Part shown: positions 29,514-39,506 of the stretch, piece by piece | How the letters are laid out: each line of letters begins with the position of its first letter | How positions within the stretch are numbered: the stretch's first letter is position 1 | Assembly: GCA_965248265.1 (NCBI GenBank) | Contig: CBDFJF010000002.1 | Coordinates: 1,440,001 to 1,504,000 of the forward strand | DNA: 64,000 bases | Direction: 5' to 3' | DNA from: Candidatus Latescibacterota bacterium | GTDB taxonomy: Bacteria; Latescibacterota; UBA2968; UBA8231 | Position numbers and translations under genes: made by a program | Notes under the pieces: generated by a model | Seen by the model: only the letters and a program-made list of their open reading frames with translations | What the model was told of the DNA's origin: nothing | Databases searched by the model: none

Positions 29514-31538
29514 ATGACTTCCGGACAACTTGCCAGGGTAACAGCCTCAGAGATCAAGCCGCCGCCCGCGTGGGCGACGATGCAGCGCCACCTGATGCGC
29601 ACGATGGAGGAGGCTGCCATGGTCGCAGTTGAGAAGTATGCGCGCCCGAGCGGACTCGTCTACCACGTTCACGACGTCGACGACGGGTATGAGAGTCGCT
29701 CGATGAGAGGCCGCTTCTACGCGATCGGGGCGAGTGAGAAGATGCTGGAGGTTTCCCTGAAGGAGTGGGACGCGATGACCCGGTTCTACGACGACGGCGT
29801 CAAGCAACCCGAGGGCATGCTGCCCAATCCGATGTACATGCCGCAGCTTCACAACGAGTGGTGGAACCTGGCGGTCCCGTACAATTCGGACGCCTTTCAC
29901 ATGGGAGAAGGCAGCCAGTACTTCTACGATTTCGGTCTGGCCGACCCGACGAACTCGGAGATGATCCGCCGTGCCCGCAGGTTCGCGGGGATGTACCTCG
30001 GGGAGGATCCGGAGGCGCCCAACTACGATAAGGAACACAAGATCATTCGCTCGCCGTTCCACGGCAGCGAGGGGCCGTGCCTACAGGCCAAGAGCAAGTA
30101 CCGTCTCAGTCATTCGACAGGTGACACAACCGGCGACCTGGAACTCGTCATCGCCTGGCTGGACCAGCCGGGACATGGCGGCTTCTTCCACCGCCACCGG
30201 CCCGACGGAGTCCCGTCCGGAAAGGCTCGCATCTCGCCACTCTATCCAATAGTAAAAGACCTGGATCCATATTGGTTCCAGGATGAGGAGTATCAAGAGT
30301 ACATCCTGAAGTTGTTCGATGATATGGTGTTGAACTCGGACGAGCCGGCGAATCTGGCGATGACGGGGCTGGTCACCAACGCCTACCTGTACACCGGCGA
30401 GGACAAGTATAAGAACTGGGTCCTCGAATACGTCGAGGCGTGGATGGATCGGATCAAACAGAACGATGGGATCATTCCGGACAACATCGGGCCGACCGGT
30501 ATCATCGGCGAGAGAAGGGGGGGCCAGTGGTGGGGTGGAATACACGGCTGGAACCGTCTCTACTTCACGCCAGGTTTTCGCATCCTCATCGGTCTGGCCA
30601 TCGGCGCCGAGTGCGCGCAGCTGTTGAGTGGCGACAACGGCTATCTGGACCTGCTGCGCTCGCAGATCAAGGTGATGCTGGACCGGGGCAAGAAGCGCGA
30701 GGACGGGCAATTGATTGTCCCGACCCGGCATGGCCCGGAGGGTTGGGACGAGTACGTGCCGGTGCAGATGCAGTCGTTGGTTCTGCTCTACCACGCCTCC
30801 ATGGCGGAAGACGACCTCGAGATGTTGCGGTACGTGCGTGACAACGAGGTGGAGCGCGATTTCAACGAGTTGAGGCCTCACGGCGATCGTGGCGGCGCCA
30901 ACCTGGAGGCGAGGTTCCAGTACTACGAGGGCCGCCTGCCGGACTGGCCGACGAAGACGCTGGCGGCGGACCAACTCTACGTCAACGCCATGCATGAGAA
31001 CATGCGAAGGGACAACCGGTCAGTGGAGGAGATCATCGAGGAAAACCGCTGGCCCGCCAACCCGGTCACCGTCAAGGGGCTGACGCACCTGACGCAGGGT
31101 GCGCCTCAACCTGTCTACAACGGCGGCATGCCAAGGTACACGGTGCGTTATTTCGACACCGACCGTGTCCGCCCGGGCCTGCCAGAGGACATTGCCGCGT
31201 TCGTGGACGAACTCAAGGCGGATGCCGTCGGTATTCAGTTGGTGAATACGGGTTCAGAAGCTCGAAACCTGATCGTTCAGGCGGGGGCGTTCGGCGAGCA
31301 CAGCTTCACGAGTGTGAAATACGTCGAACATGACAACGCCGCGTTGGACAAGAGCGCTGGCGCCTGGTTGCGCGATTCGACGAATCCGCAGGCGCGCGAA
31401 GTGCCGGCTGATGGCAAGCACTTCGCGGTACAACTACCGCCGTTCGCGTCGGTGCGGCTGGAGGCCGGCTTGAGGCGCTTCACCAACAAGCCGACCTACG
31501 CGTTTCCGTGGCACGGGAACAGTGTACCGGTGGAGTAG
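29514..31538 (+). CDS. Large hypothetical protein (putative helical-barrel lyase/hydrolase-like)
   Basis: Long ORF with GGAGG RBS; aromatic/acidic motifs DDGYE, FHMGEG, GIIPDNIGPTG, WWGG..GW. Confidence 0.65.
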   Translation: MTSGQLARVTASEIKPPPAWATMQRHLMRTMEEAAMVAVEKYARPSGLVYHVHDVDDGYESRSMRGRFYAIGASEKMLEVSLKEWDAMTRFYDDGVKQPEGMLPNPMYMPQLHNEWWNLAVPYNSDAFHMGEGSQYFYDFGLADPTNSEMIRRARRFAGMYLGEDPEAPNYDKEHKIIRSPFHGSEGPCLQAKSKYRLSHSTGDTTGDLELVIAWLDQPGHGGFFHRHRPDGVPSGKARISPLYPIVKDLDPYWFQDEEYQEYILKLFDDMVLNSDEPANLAMTGLVTNAYLYTGEDKYKNWVLEYVEAWMDRIKQNDGIIPDNIGPTGIIGERRGGQWWGGIHGWNRLYFTPGFRILIGLAIGAECAQLLSGDNGYLDLLRSQIKVMLDRGKKREDGQLIVPTRHGPEGWDEYVPVQMQSLVLLYHASMAEDDLEMLRYVRDNEVERDFNELRPHGDRGGANLEARFQYYEGRLPDWPTKTLAADQLYVNAMHENMRRDNRSVEEIIEENRWPANPVTVKGLTHLTQGAPQPVYNGGMPRYTVRYFDTDRVRPGLPEDIAAFVDELKADAVGIQLVNTGSEARNLIVQAGAFGEHSFTSVKYVEHDNAALDKSAGAWLRDSTNPQAREVPADGKHFAVQLPPFASVRLEAGLRRFTNKPTYAFPWHGNSVPVE

Positions 31539-31552
31539 GACTGTGAGGCGTT

Positions 31553-31939
31553 CTACCACATCGTGACGACCGGATAGCGCCGAATCTGCTCATCCGGTGT
31601 CACCAGTGCCAGACCATGGACAGCGGCCTGACAGATCAGCATGCGGTCGAACGGATCCCGGTGCAGGTCAGGTAGCTTGGCCAGGTGGAGGGCAGCATCT
31701 TCTCCCAGATCGAGCGAATCGATTCCGTGGCGCTCGCGCTCGGCGGGGATCAACTCGGTGGGAGCGCCATCCAACCTCAACCTGCCAAGTGCGAACTTCA
31801 CCGCGATCTCCCACGCCGACACGCTGCTGAGGAACACCCGCTGCGCCGGGTCCGTCACCAGATCCCGGGCGCGCCCGGACAGAGCCGGGTCATCGGTGAT
31901 CACCCACAGGAAAGTGCAGGTATCCAGGAGCATGTTCAT
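31553..31939 (-). CDS. vapC: VapC PIN-domain toxin
   Basis: LLDTCTFLW, SAWEIAVK, HRDPFDRMLICQA, LVTPD. Confidence 0.92.
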   Translation of the reverse strand: MNMLLDTCTFLWVITDDPALSGRARDLVTDPAQRVFLSSVSAWEIAVKFALGRLRLDGAPTELIPAERERHGIDSLDLGEDAALHLAKLPDLHRDPFDRMLICQAAVHGLALVTPDEQIRRYPVVTMW

Positions 31940-32181
31940 TCGGATTTGCTTCCGAAGGCGTCCAGCAATTCCTCCGGGAGCGGATCATCAAACCCCGGCA
32001 GGACGGTGACCTTGTTCTTGGCGAGCCCGATGGGACGGCGATCGCGCCGCTCGGGCGGCAGCCCCCGTATCTCGGCTATGGGGGCGTTACGCTTGCACAG
32101 CAGAATGACCTCACCCCTGGCCAAGCGGTCGAGGTAACGGGACAGGTGGGTCTTGGCCTCGTGTATATTGAGTCTGATCAT
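31936..32181 (-). CDS. Phd/YefM-family antitoxin
   Basis: NIHEAKTHLSRYL...GEVILL, FDDPLPEE; ATGA overlap with the toxin. Confidence 0.92.
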   Translation of the reverse strand: MIRLNIHEAKTHLSRYLDRLARGEVILLCKRNAPIAEIRGLPPERRDRRPIGLAKNKVTVLPGFDDPLPEELLDAFGSKSE

Positions 32182-32217
32182 GACTCATAATATGAACTTA
32201 TAAGTGAACTAAGTCAA
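32182..32217 (-). promoter_or_regulatory. Putative TA promoter/operator, probably leaderless
   Basis: TTGACT then TATTAT 5 nt before the ATG (19-nt spacer, non-ideal); perfect palindrome ACTTATAAGT at 32196-32205; TGAACT twice. Confidence 0.55.
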
Positions 32218-32314
32218 TGGTCGGGGTCTCAGATGGGCAAGTCTGTGCGGTGGTCGAGTTTGGCGATGACCGAAGTCGAGGATCAGGGTCACCTCGGGGG
32301 CCATTAATAGGGTC

Positions 32315-33514
32315 TCATACCGCCCACTTCTCGATCTTGGCCTCATCCAGCTGCACCCCTAACCCCGGTCCGTCACTAGGTCTCAAGCGGCCTTCCCGGT
32401 AGCGAAAAGGCTGCGTACAAACATCGTCGACAAGCAGGCCGGGACTGACGAGGTCTGAGGAGACCGAGATGTTGGGTGAGGCGACGGCCAGGTGAAGGAA
32501 GGCGGCGGTGCCGGGTCCCAGTTCGATGGTACTGCCCAACAGCGCGGGTATGCCCGCGGTTTGGGCTGTGTGCACGAGCCGCTGGGCGCGCAGGAGCCCG
32601 CCGCCCTGAGAGGGGATGACGTTGATGAAGTCGACGGCCCGGTGAGCGGCCAGGGCGGCACACAAGACGTCCCCGAGGTCGGCGACGTGCTCGATGATGT
32701 CTACGGGGACCTGGGTGCGCACCCGCGCCAGCGAGCGGGCGGCCTCGTCGGCGTTGGCTTCGATTCGCTCGGGGTGGTCGTTGGCGATGCCACGGTTGAC
32801 GGCGACAGTTGGAGTTTCGCAACCATTGATGCCGGCGGCAGCCATTTCCGTGATCTTGGTGATCGCCTCCGCCTCTTCCCATACCCCACTGGCGTCGACG
32901 CGCAGGTAGGTGTCGGGACCGGCAATGGCGCGGAACAGGCGGATGCGTTCGAGGTCGCGCTGGTGATCGGTGCCGACCTTGAATTTGAAGGCACCGAATC
33001 CCTGGGACAGCTTCTCCCGAACCTCCGCTTCTAGGGCGTCGAGTTCCTCTTGTACTGAAACCTCCCCGCGCAGGAAGGCGACCCAGCAGACTTCGACACG
33101 CTCGCGGCAACGGCCTCCCAACAGCTCATAAAGGGGCGTTCCATACCGCTGTCCGACCAGGTCGAGTAAAGCGATTTCGGCGCCGAAGAGGGTCAGGTTT
33201 CGCAGCTCGGGGTGACAGACGGCCGGCTGCAGTTCGGCGACTCGCGTGTACATGGCACGCCAGCGGTTCAGATCCTGTCCAAGCATGGCTTCGACGAACA
33301 GGTCGCGGGTCTGCGCAGCGGAGGGCGGGTCCATACGCTTGGCGATATCGGAGATCTCTCCCAGACCGGTGAGTCCATTCTCCGTGTGGAGCTCGATGAT
33401 CTGATAGCGCGAGCGGCTGGGATCGGGGGGTGCGCTCTGCCCGGGCTCGGCGGTGTAGGTGTCGTAGATGCGAGGGATGGAGACTTCGCGGATGCGGATG
33501 TCGGTGATTTTCAT
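32315..33514 (-). CDS. Mandelate racemase/muconate lactonizing enzyme family protein
   Basis: GLTGLGE, IALLDLVGQ..G.PLYELLGG, FKFKVG, RVDAS, GPGLGV. Confidence 0.85.
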   Translation of the reverse strand: MKITDIRIREVSIPRIYDTYTAEPGQSAPPDPSRSRYQIIELHTENGLTGLGEISDIAKRMDPPSAAQTRDLFVEAMLGQDLNRWRAMYTRVAELQPAVCHPELRNLTLFGAEIALLDLVGQRYGTPLYELLGGRCRERVEVCWVAFLRGEVSVQEELDALEAEVREKLSQGFGAFKFKVGTDHQRDLERIRLFRAIAGPDTYLRVDASGVWEEAEAITKITEMAAAGINGCETPTVAVNRGIANDHPERIEANADEAARSLARVRTQVPVDIIEHVADLGDVLCAALAAHRAVDFINVIPSQGGGLLRAQRLVHTAQTAGIPALLGSTIELGPGTAAFLHLAVASPNISVSSDLVSPGLLVDDVCTQPFRYREGRLRPSDGPGLGVQLDEAKIEKWAV

Positions 33515-34389
33515 AGGGTGGGTGTTTGCATGGGTTGATCATGTGTGGTTGGCCCCTGTGGCTTTCTCCCGATGAAAAGACACTCCTGGCGGATCTTACG
33601 CAGACCACCTTCGCGGCGAATCCGTTGGACGATCTCTTCCGATTCGTCCCGAGAAGCACCATCCTCCATGTGAGCACCGATGATCTCTTCATTGTCGTAC
33701 TCGTACTGATAGGCCCATCGATGGTACTCCGTTTCCGTAAACCCGCCCTCCAGCATACTCTCCACGGTGAGACCGAAACTATCTTCCCAAGCCCCGAAGA
33801 AATGCCATCCTCCCGGACGCAAATACTGCAGGATTCTGGCGTCCTTTTCTCGTTGGCTGACTCCCTTTGGACTGAAAGGAGCCAATCGCTGTACGATCGC
33901 ATCGAAGCAACCATCAGAAAATGGCATCGGGCCTCGGCCATTCGCTCGAAACACGTACACGGAATCCAATGCGGCTACGCGTGTCTGTATTTGGAACAAT
34001 GCCCGCCAAGAAAAATCGAAGCTGAAGATCGACGTGCCAGGATTACACGACTCCGCTAGCCATTGCGTGAAATGTCCTGTACCTGCTCCGATCTCTAGGA
34101 TTCGAAATCCTGGTCGGCTGACCTGGGCGACTCGCTGAATGAGATATGTTACACCACGCCATTCCCGATGTCGCAGGTATGCCATCTCTCGCCCAACCAT
34201 CGCTTCATGCTTGAGCCATTTGCGATTCGCATCGTCGTCGGGTACTCGACTCGATTCGTCCTCGATGTAGAAGTCAGGAATCCCGTCCTCAATCGTGAAC
34301 GTGTGGCCACCACCTTCGCTCAGTATCTGGTCAGATGACCATTTCAATGGCCGGCCGGTTAGAGGACAGCAAAATTGATCGATGGTCAC
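33511..34389 (-). CDS. Class I SAM-dependent methyltransferase with Trm112-like N-terminus
   Basis: CCPLTGRPL..FTIEDGIPDF; ILEIGAGTG; PFSDGCFD; LRPGG. Confidence 0.8.
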   Translation of the reverse strand: MTIDQFCCPLTGRPLKWSSDQILSEGGGHTFTIEDGIPDFYIEDESSRVPDDDANRKWLKHEAMVGREMAYLRHREWRGVTYLIQRVAQVSRPGFRILEIGAGTGHFTQWLAESCNPGTSIFSFDFSWRALFQIQTRVAALDSVYVFRANGRGPMPFSDGCFDAIVQRLAPFSPKGVSQREKDARILQYLRPGGWHFFGAWEDSFGLTVESMLEGGFTETEYHRWAYQYEYDNEEIIGAHMEDGASRDESEEIVQRIRREGGLRKIRQECLFIGRKPQGPTTHDQPMQTPTL

Positions 34390-34544
34390 AACGACACTAT
34401 CTGACGGTGATTAGAGGTGATGTGCGCAGTCAATCTCGGTGCGTCTACGCTTTTCGGGCTGCTCCGCGATGGTTGGTATCCCATTTCATCAGAATGTGCG
34501 TTTCGGTTTTGTCGAACCGCACCAGCCGTTTCCGTCTGATGCAC

Positions 34545-35312
34545 TCATTCGATATCATCTTGAAGTGCTCTAACGAATGTATCAACAATCCGGTTGTAGG
34601 AACCGTCCTCTCTCATAGCTCCAACAGCAGTATTGAATCTATCCAGAAGTTCCCTCCTGCCACTCTCTCTTGCAAAGACCAAGTATGCTTTGTTGACTGC
34701 AGCAGGCCGGGCCAACCTATCAACAACGCTCTGGAGATTCTCTCGATGGAGGATTTGAAGAGCGGACAGCTCATCAGCTATAAGGCAATCTATCCTACCC
34801 CTAACCAGCTTTCCAAAGTTTGCATGATTGTCCTCGGCTTCCTTCGCTTCAAAGACTTTTGCCTCTCTCGCCTCATCGAATTCTTGCCCATAACTCCATC
34901 CGCGATTGATACCAACCCGCTTTCCTCTCAGATCGCTCAATTCATCGAACTTGAACATTTCACCCTTTCTAACGAATACCACAAGCTTCTCCTCGAAAAG
35001 AGGATCAGAGTAATCGTAGATGAGCAGACGTTTCTCATTCTTGTAAATTCCACCAACAGCCTCCTCTCCACGCTCTCCCAGCAACAAGGCTCTTTTCCAG
35101 GGATATCCAGTGATCTCAACTTCCACTCTTATGCGCGCGAAGATCTCTCGCATCAGCGTTGGATACAATCCGTGAGCGCCTTCATCGTACATGTATGGGG
35201 GATAGGTCTCGTCAACTGCGATTCTGATTCTCTCCGATTGCGCATGAACCATCATCGAAGAGTCAGGCACCCCGAATAGCAGGAGCAGACAAGTGGTAAT
35301 TGCTCTTCTCAT
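34545..35312 (-). CDS. Periplasmic substrate-binding protein (SBP_bac_3 family)
   Basis: Signal peptide; YPPY, PWKRA, DLRGKRVGINRGWSYG, GRIDC; lower GC than flanks. Confidence 0.85.
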   Translation of the reverse strand: MRRAITTCLLLLFGVPDSSMMVHAQSERIRIAVDETYPPYMYDEGAHGLYPTLMREIFARIRVEVEITGYPWKRALLLGERGEEAVGGIYKNEKRLLIYDYSDPLFEEKLVVFVRKGEMFKFDELSDLRGKRVGINRGWSYGQEFDEAREAKVFEAKEAEDNHANFGKLVRGRIDCLIADELSALQILHRENLQSVVDRLARPAAVNKAYLVFARESGRRELLDRFNTAVGAMREDGSYNRIVDTFVRALQDDIE

Positions 35313-35625
35313 ATGAAATCCTTCGTGCAAGAGGCGTTCAAGCGGAGTCCTCAAAGCCAACAATTGATTATATGCCACGGCTGTCTTTCCGACGAACTCA
35401 AAACCGCCGGCCTATCGCTCGACTCATAACCCCTTGTCGCGGATAAGGAAGCGCGAGCCGGCACACCCGGTCAAGGGTTTTCTGAGACCGGGTTGCAGAC
35501 GGAGCTGTACGCATAATGCGGTGAACTGAATACCATGGTCGTAATGCGGTCGTAATGCGCTGTAATACTCGGATATGCGGCAAGCCATCTGACGCACCGT
35601 ATGAGGCACGATGAGCAGGCATTGC

Positions 35626-35653
35626 TTGACCCAGCGCTAACGTGCTCTATCCT
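35626..35653 (+). promoter_or_regulatory. Possible sigma70 promoter for the amidohydrolase
   Basis: TTGACC-N16-TATCCT about 55 nt upstream of ATG 35708. Confidence 0.35.
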
Positions 35654-35707
35654 CACTGACGTATTGTTTCCTCAACCACCACCTCAACAGATGGAACTCA
35701 TGGACTT

Positions 35708-36949
35708 ATGAGCAGTTACGACTACCTGATCAAGAACGGCAGCGTAATCGACGCAGCCAACAATCTCGACGGCATCATGGACGTCGCCATCACCGCCGGC
35801 AAGATCGTCGCGGTCGAAGAAGACCTCCCTGCGGATCAAGCCCAACAGGTCTACGACGCCTCCGGCAAATTCGTAGTACCCGGTCTCATCGATATCCACA
35901 TGCATGGCTACAACCATGTCACGCCCCTGGGTATCGACACCGACTACTACTGCCTGGGGCGAGGTGTGACCACGGCCGTCGATGCCGGCAGCGCCGGTGG
36001 CTGCACTTATCCGGGTTTTCGCGTGTACGCGGTTGAGCCGGCGACGACCCGGTTGCTCGGGTTTCTCAACATCTCGCTGGCGGGGTTGGCTGTGGGCGGA
36101 AAGAGCGATGGCACCACAGCTGGCGAACTCGATGGGCGCGCCTTCATCAACGCTCCGACGTGCATCGAAACCATCGAGGCCAACCGAGATATTTTCGTCG
36201 GCGTCAAAGTCCGTCTCTCCCGCGCCATTGCTGAAGACGGCAAGAACGAACCGGAGGCTTATCGCGCGGCGCTGGAAGCAGCGGCGTCAGTGAAGCTGCC
36301 GCTGATGGTCCACCATGCCTTCTCCGTTGTGCCGCTGGAGGAATGTCCGGGCAAGATGGTGGCCGGCGATATCTACACCCACTGTTACCACGGTTTCGAG
36401 AGCACGATTGTGGATCCTGATACCCGCAAGATGAATGCATCGGTGATCGATGCACGCGAGCGCGGCGTCATCTACGACATCGGCCACGGCACCGGCGCCT
36501 TCAACTGGACGGTGGCCGAGATCTGCGCCGCCGAGGAGTTCTGGCCGGATGTCATCGGCACCGACCTGCACAGCCTGACCTGCGAGGGTCCCGGGTACGA
36601 CATGCCGACGGTTATGTCGAAGCTCTTGCACCTGGGTATGCCGCTGCCGGAACTGATCGAGGCTTCGACCCTGTCCGCGGCGGAAGCCATTGGCTGGGAG
36701 GACCGCATCGGAACGCTGGGAGTGGGGCGCGAGGCGGATGTGGCCGTGCTCTCTCTGGATGAAGTAGATGTCGAGCTCGAGGATTGTCAGGGTCAGATGC
36801 GCCGGATCGAGCGGCGTCTGTCCGCCAGCGCTGTGTGGCGGGCTGGTGTGCCGGGTCTGATCACGCACCCTCTCAAATGGCCCAACCCCGAGAAGCTGGA
36901 GGACCTGCGCAGTTTCATTCCGATGCTGAAGATCAGCGACCAAGGGTGA
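35708..36949 (+). CDS. Amidohydrolase/deacetylase metallohydrolase (dihydroorotase-like)
   Basis: PGLIDIHMH, GVTTAVDAGSAG, GVKVR, MVHH, THCYH, DIGHG, GTDLH. Confidence 0.88.
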   Translation: MSSYDYLIKNGSVIDAANNLDGIMDVAITAGKIVAVEEDLPADQAQQVYDASGKFVVPGLIDIHMHGYNHVTPLGIDTDYYCLGRGVTTAVDAGSAGGCTYPGFRVYAVEPATTRLLGFLNISLAGLAVGGKSDGTTAGELDGRAFINAPTCIETIEANRDIFVGVKVRLSRAIAEDGKNEPEAYRAALEAAASVKLPLMVHHAFSVVPLEECPGKMVAGDIYTHCYHGFESTIVDPDTRKMNASVIDARERGVIYDIGHGTGAFNWTVAEICAAEEFWPDVIGTDLHSLTCEGPGYDMPTVMSKLLHLGMPLPELIEASTLSAAEAIGWEDRIGTLGVGREADVAVLSLDEVDVELEDCQGQMRRIERRLSASAVWRAGVPGLITHPLKWPNPEKLEDLRSFIPMLKISDQG

Positions 36950-37093
36950 GGCCTGAGCAGCGACCCAGTCTGGACAGTTTTTTCACACCGTGGGTGACAC
37001 CTTGGGCCTCCAGGCGTGTTCTATGAGGCGAATGGGCAAACAGCGCTAGCTCGACGCCCGAAGATGGAAACACGCCAATCGGAGGTACCCAAC

Positions 37094-38581
37094 ATGAACT
37101 CAATCACATGGATTCGGTCGGCCCTGTTCGGGGCCAGCCTGTTCCTCTTCGGCCTGGCCGCGTGCAGTGACAGCAGCGGCGACGGCAATCCCCTGGGGCC
37201 GGAAGGTTCGAACGCCGACCAGCAACTGACGGATGACACGTCCGGGGCGCCGGATGGCGATTCCGGGGCTGAGAACAGGGACAACGACGGCAACGGTAGT
37301 ATCGGCATCGTTCCGGACGATACCGACGAGCCCAGCGGTGAAGTCGTAAACCCAGTGCCGGGCGATCCGCCGATAATCCTGCCGTCCGAGACTGCTCTTA
37401 GTGACCTACTGGAGCGCATCCGCAGTCTCGAGGTCGAGGTCGAAGACACCGGTGACTTGATCGACCTGCCAAGGCTGGAAGGGCCCGGACACGTCGTCCT
37501 CATCGACCAGGACATGGTCCATTTTTTCGTCTACGAGAGTGCGGCCATCGCCAAGGATCAGGCCATTCAGCTGATGGGCGATAGCAGCCAGGTTGGCGAA
37601 ATGGCAGATCCCAATGCGTTGCCACGCCTGTACGCGCTCGATCGCTTCGTCGTCCTCTACATGGGTGACAGCGACAGCGTCATCGGCACGCTGGACCGGG
37701 TGTTCGGGGGACCGCTGTTCATCGATACGACGACCGGTCCCGTTGAAGACCCGTTTGAGCCACCAGATGATGTCATTGACGATCCGGGTCGGGTCGGAAT
37801 CGTCACGATCACCAATGAAGATGAGCTGGATCGCTTGCTGGGACTAGTCCAGGATGACGCGCTCATCGAGCGCCTGTCAGCCGTCGACTTCGAAGACGAC
37901 TTCATTCTGGCTGTATTGCGGGGAGAGATGCCGACGGCAGGCTACACTGTAACCATCGAAGATGTGCGCTACGCCGGTGAGATGGTGGATGTGTTCGTGT
38001 CCTTGACCAATCCGGGACCAGATGAGATGGTGGCCCAGGTCATCACCTATCCACTGGCGGTCCAGGTCATTTCCAGGTCCGATGTCCAGGAGCCCGGCAA
38101 ACACGGGTGGGCGGTGATATCAGCGGACGGGGAGGTCCTGGTGGAGATCAGTCCATCGGATTCAAGCTCCGGGGGGTCTACCGGTAGTACTGGCGGTGGC
38201 ACCCCGACGGACCCGGGCACAGAGCCTGAACCAGGCATAGACGTCGACGGTTCCGGGCAGATCGACGACCCGTTGGTCGATCCGGCACCGGATGTGGCAC
38301 CGCGGGGCTTCGACATCCGCGGCAGCATCACGACCTTCGAAGAGGGCAGTGACCGGTTGCTGGCGCGGTTGTTGATCAAGAGTGAATTCGACAACACCGC
38401 GTATGATCAGGCCTGGGTCGCGATCACGGACGAGACCCTGATCCACCTCAGTGGACAGGAAGCAGAGGAGACATTGGCTGCTCTCGAACCGGGCGTTCGA
38501 GTACAGGTCGTCTTCGACGGCCCCGTCGCCGAGTCCTATCCGGTTCAGGCGGTGGCGGGGTTCGTGGTAATCTTGGAATAG
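37094..38581 (+). CDS. Acidic lipoprotein with PrcB-C-like and DUF3221-like domains
   Basis: Lipobox LAAC; GEMPTAGYTVTI..AQVITYP; C-terminal FDGPVAESYPVQA; GGAGG RBS. Confidence 0.7.
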   Translation: MNSITWIRSALFGASLFLFGLAACSDSSGDGNPLGPEGSNADQQLTDDTSGAPDGDSGAENRDNDGNGSIGIVPDDTDEPSGEVVNPVPGDPPIILPSETALSDLLERIRSLEVEVEDTGDLIDLPRLEGPGHVVLIDQDMVHFFVYESAAIAKDQAIQLMGDSSQVGEMADPNALPRLYALDRFVVLYMGDSDSVIGTLDRVFGGPLFIDTTTGPVEDPFEPPDDVIDDPGRVGIVTITNEDELDRLLGLVQDDALIERLSAVDFEDDFILAVLRGEMPTAGYTVTIEDVRYAGEMVDVFVSLTNPGPDEMVAQVITYPLAVQVISRSDVQEPGKHGWAVISADGEVLVEISPSDSSSGGSTGSTGGGTPTDPGTEPEPGIDVDGSGQIDDPLVDPAPDVAPRGFDIRGSITTFEEGSDRLLARLLIKSEFDNTAYDQAWVAITDETLIHLSGQEAEETLAALEPGVRVQVVFDGPVAESYPVQAVAGFVVILE

Positions 38582-38613
38582 CTATCGCGAAGTTTGCCTT
38601 AAGCGATTCGTAC

Positions 38614-38652
38614 AGGTGGCCCGCTTCCTTCGGGAGGCGGGCCACCTTTTTT
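38614..38652 (+). terminator. Rho-independent terminator
   Basis: AGGTGGCCCGCTTCC-TTCG-GGAGGCGGGCCACCT followed by a T run. Confidence 0.9.
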
Positions 38653-38696
38653 GGAGTTCGCTGGCCTCTGCCCTAATCTATCGGGAGGAGAACACA

Positions 38697-39485
38697 ATGA
38701 ACCGAACCGCAGACGAATCCCTCATCGCCGTCTTCATCGACTTTGAAAACCTGGCCATCGGACTGCGCCCGCAGAAGTTCGACCCCGAAATCATCCTGCG
38801 GCGCCTGCTCGAGAAAGGCCGCATCGTCTACAAGCGGGCCTACTGCGACTGGAGCGGTTACCGCAAGGAGGTCGGAGACCTACACCGGCACGGTATCGAA
38901 CTCGTCGACATTCCGCAGACAAGAGCCAGCGGCAAGAACAGCGCCGACATCCGCATGGTCGTCGACGCCATGGACCTGTCCCACGCAAAAGAGCATATCG
39001 ACACCTTCGCTCTGGTTACCGGGGATAGTGACTTTTCACCACTGGCATCGAAGCTCAAGGAAAATGATCGTCGCGTATTGGGCTGCGGCGTCAGGAAATC
39101 AACCTCCGACCTGCTGGTAGGTGGTTGCGATGAGTTCATCTACTACGACGACCTGATACAGAAGGTCAAACAGCGTCGCGCGGCTCCGCCCAAGGCTACC
39201 GCCAAGAAAAAGCGCAAGACGAAAGAATCCTCACCCGTATCCGATGAACGAGAGGCCGCTCTGGATCGCCTCGTGCACATCGTCGCTTCACTGGAAGAGG
39301 ATTACGACCCTCTGTGGAGTTCCCTTGTCAAACAGACCGTGCGCCGTGTTGATCCCGGGTTCAACGAGAAGCGATTCGGTTTTCGCAACTTCAACGAGCT
39401 GCTGGCGGCCGCTGAGAAAGCCGGACTGATCGTTCTGGAGCACGACAAGGAGAGAGGCAACTACAAGGTCAGCCTCAGCAACTGA
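38697..39485 (+). CDS. NYN (LabA/DUF88) domain protein with C-terminal OST-HTH/LOTUS
   Basis: FIDFEN, KNSADIRMVVDAMD, TGDSDFSPL, CDEFIYYD, DPGFNEKRFGFRNF. Confidence 0.92.
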   Translation: MNRTADESLIAVFIDFENLAIGLRPQKFDPEIILRRLLEKGRIVYKRAYCDWSGYRKEVGDLHRHGIELVDIPQTRASGKNSADIRMVVDAMDLSHAKEHIDTFALVTGDSDFSPLASKLKENDRRVLGCGVRKSTSDLLVGGCDEFIYYDDLIQKVKQRRAAPPKATAKKKRKTKESSPVSDEREAALDRLVHIVASLEEDYDPLWSSLVKQTVRRVDPGFNEKRFGFRNFNELLAAAEKAGLIVLEHDKERGNYKVSLSN

Positions 39486-39506
39486 CACGTTGATGAAGGT
39501 CAGGGC

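Noticed and set aside
34335-35279. 314-aa plus-strand ORF
   Set aside because: Antisense shadow of the well-supported SBP gene
37030-37065. GGGCAAAC...GACGC resembling a c-di-GMP-I riboswitch P2
   Set aside because: No GNRA tetraloop and no downstream P3/receptor helix visible
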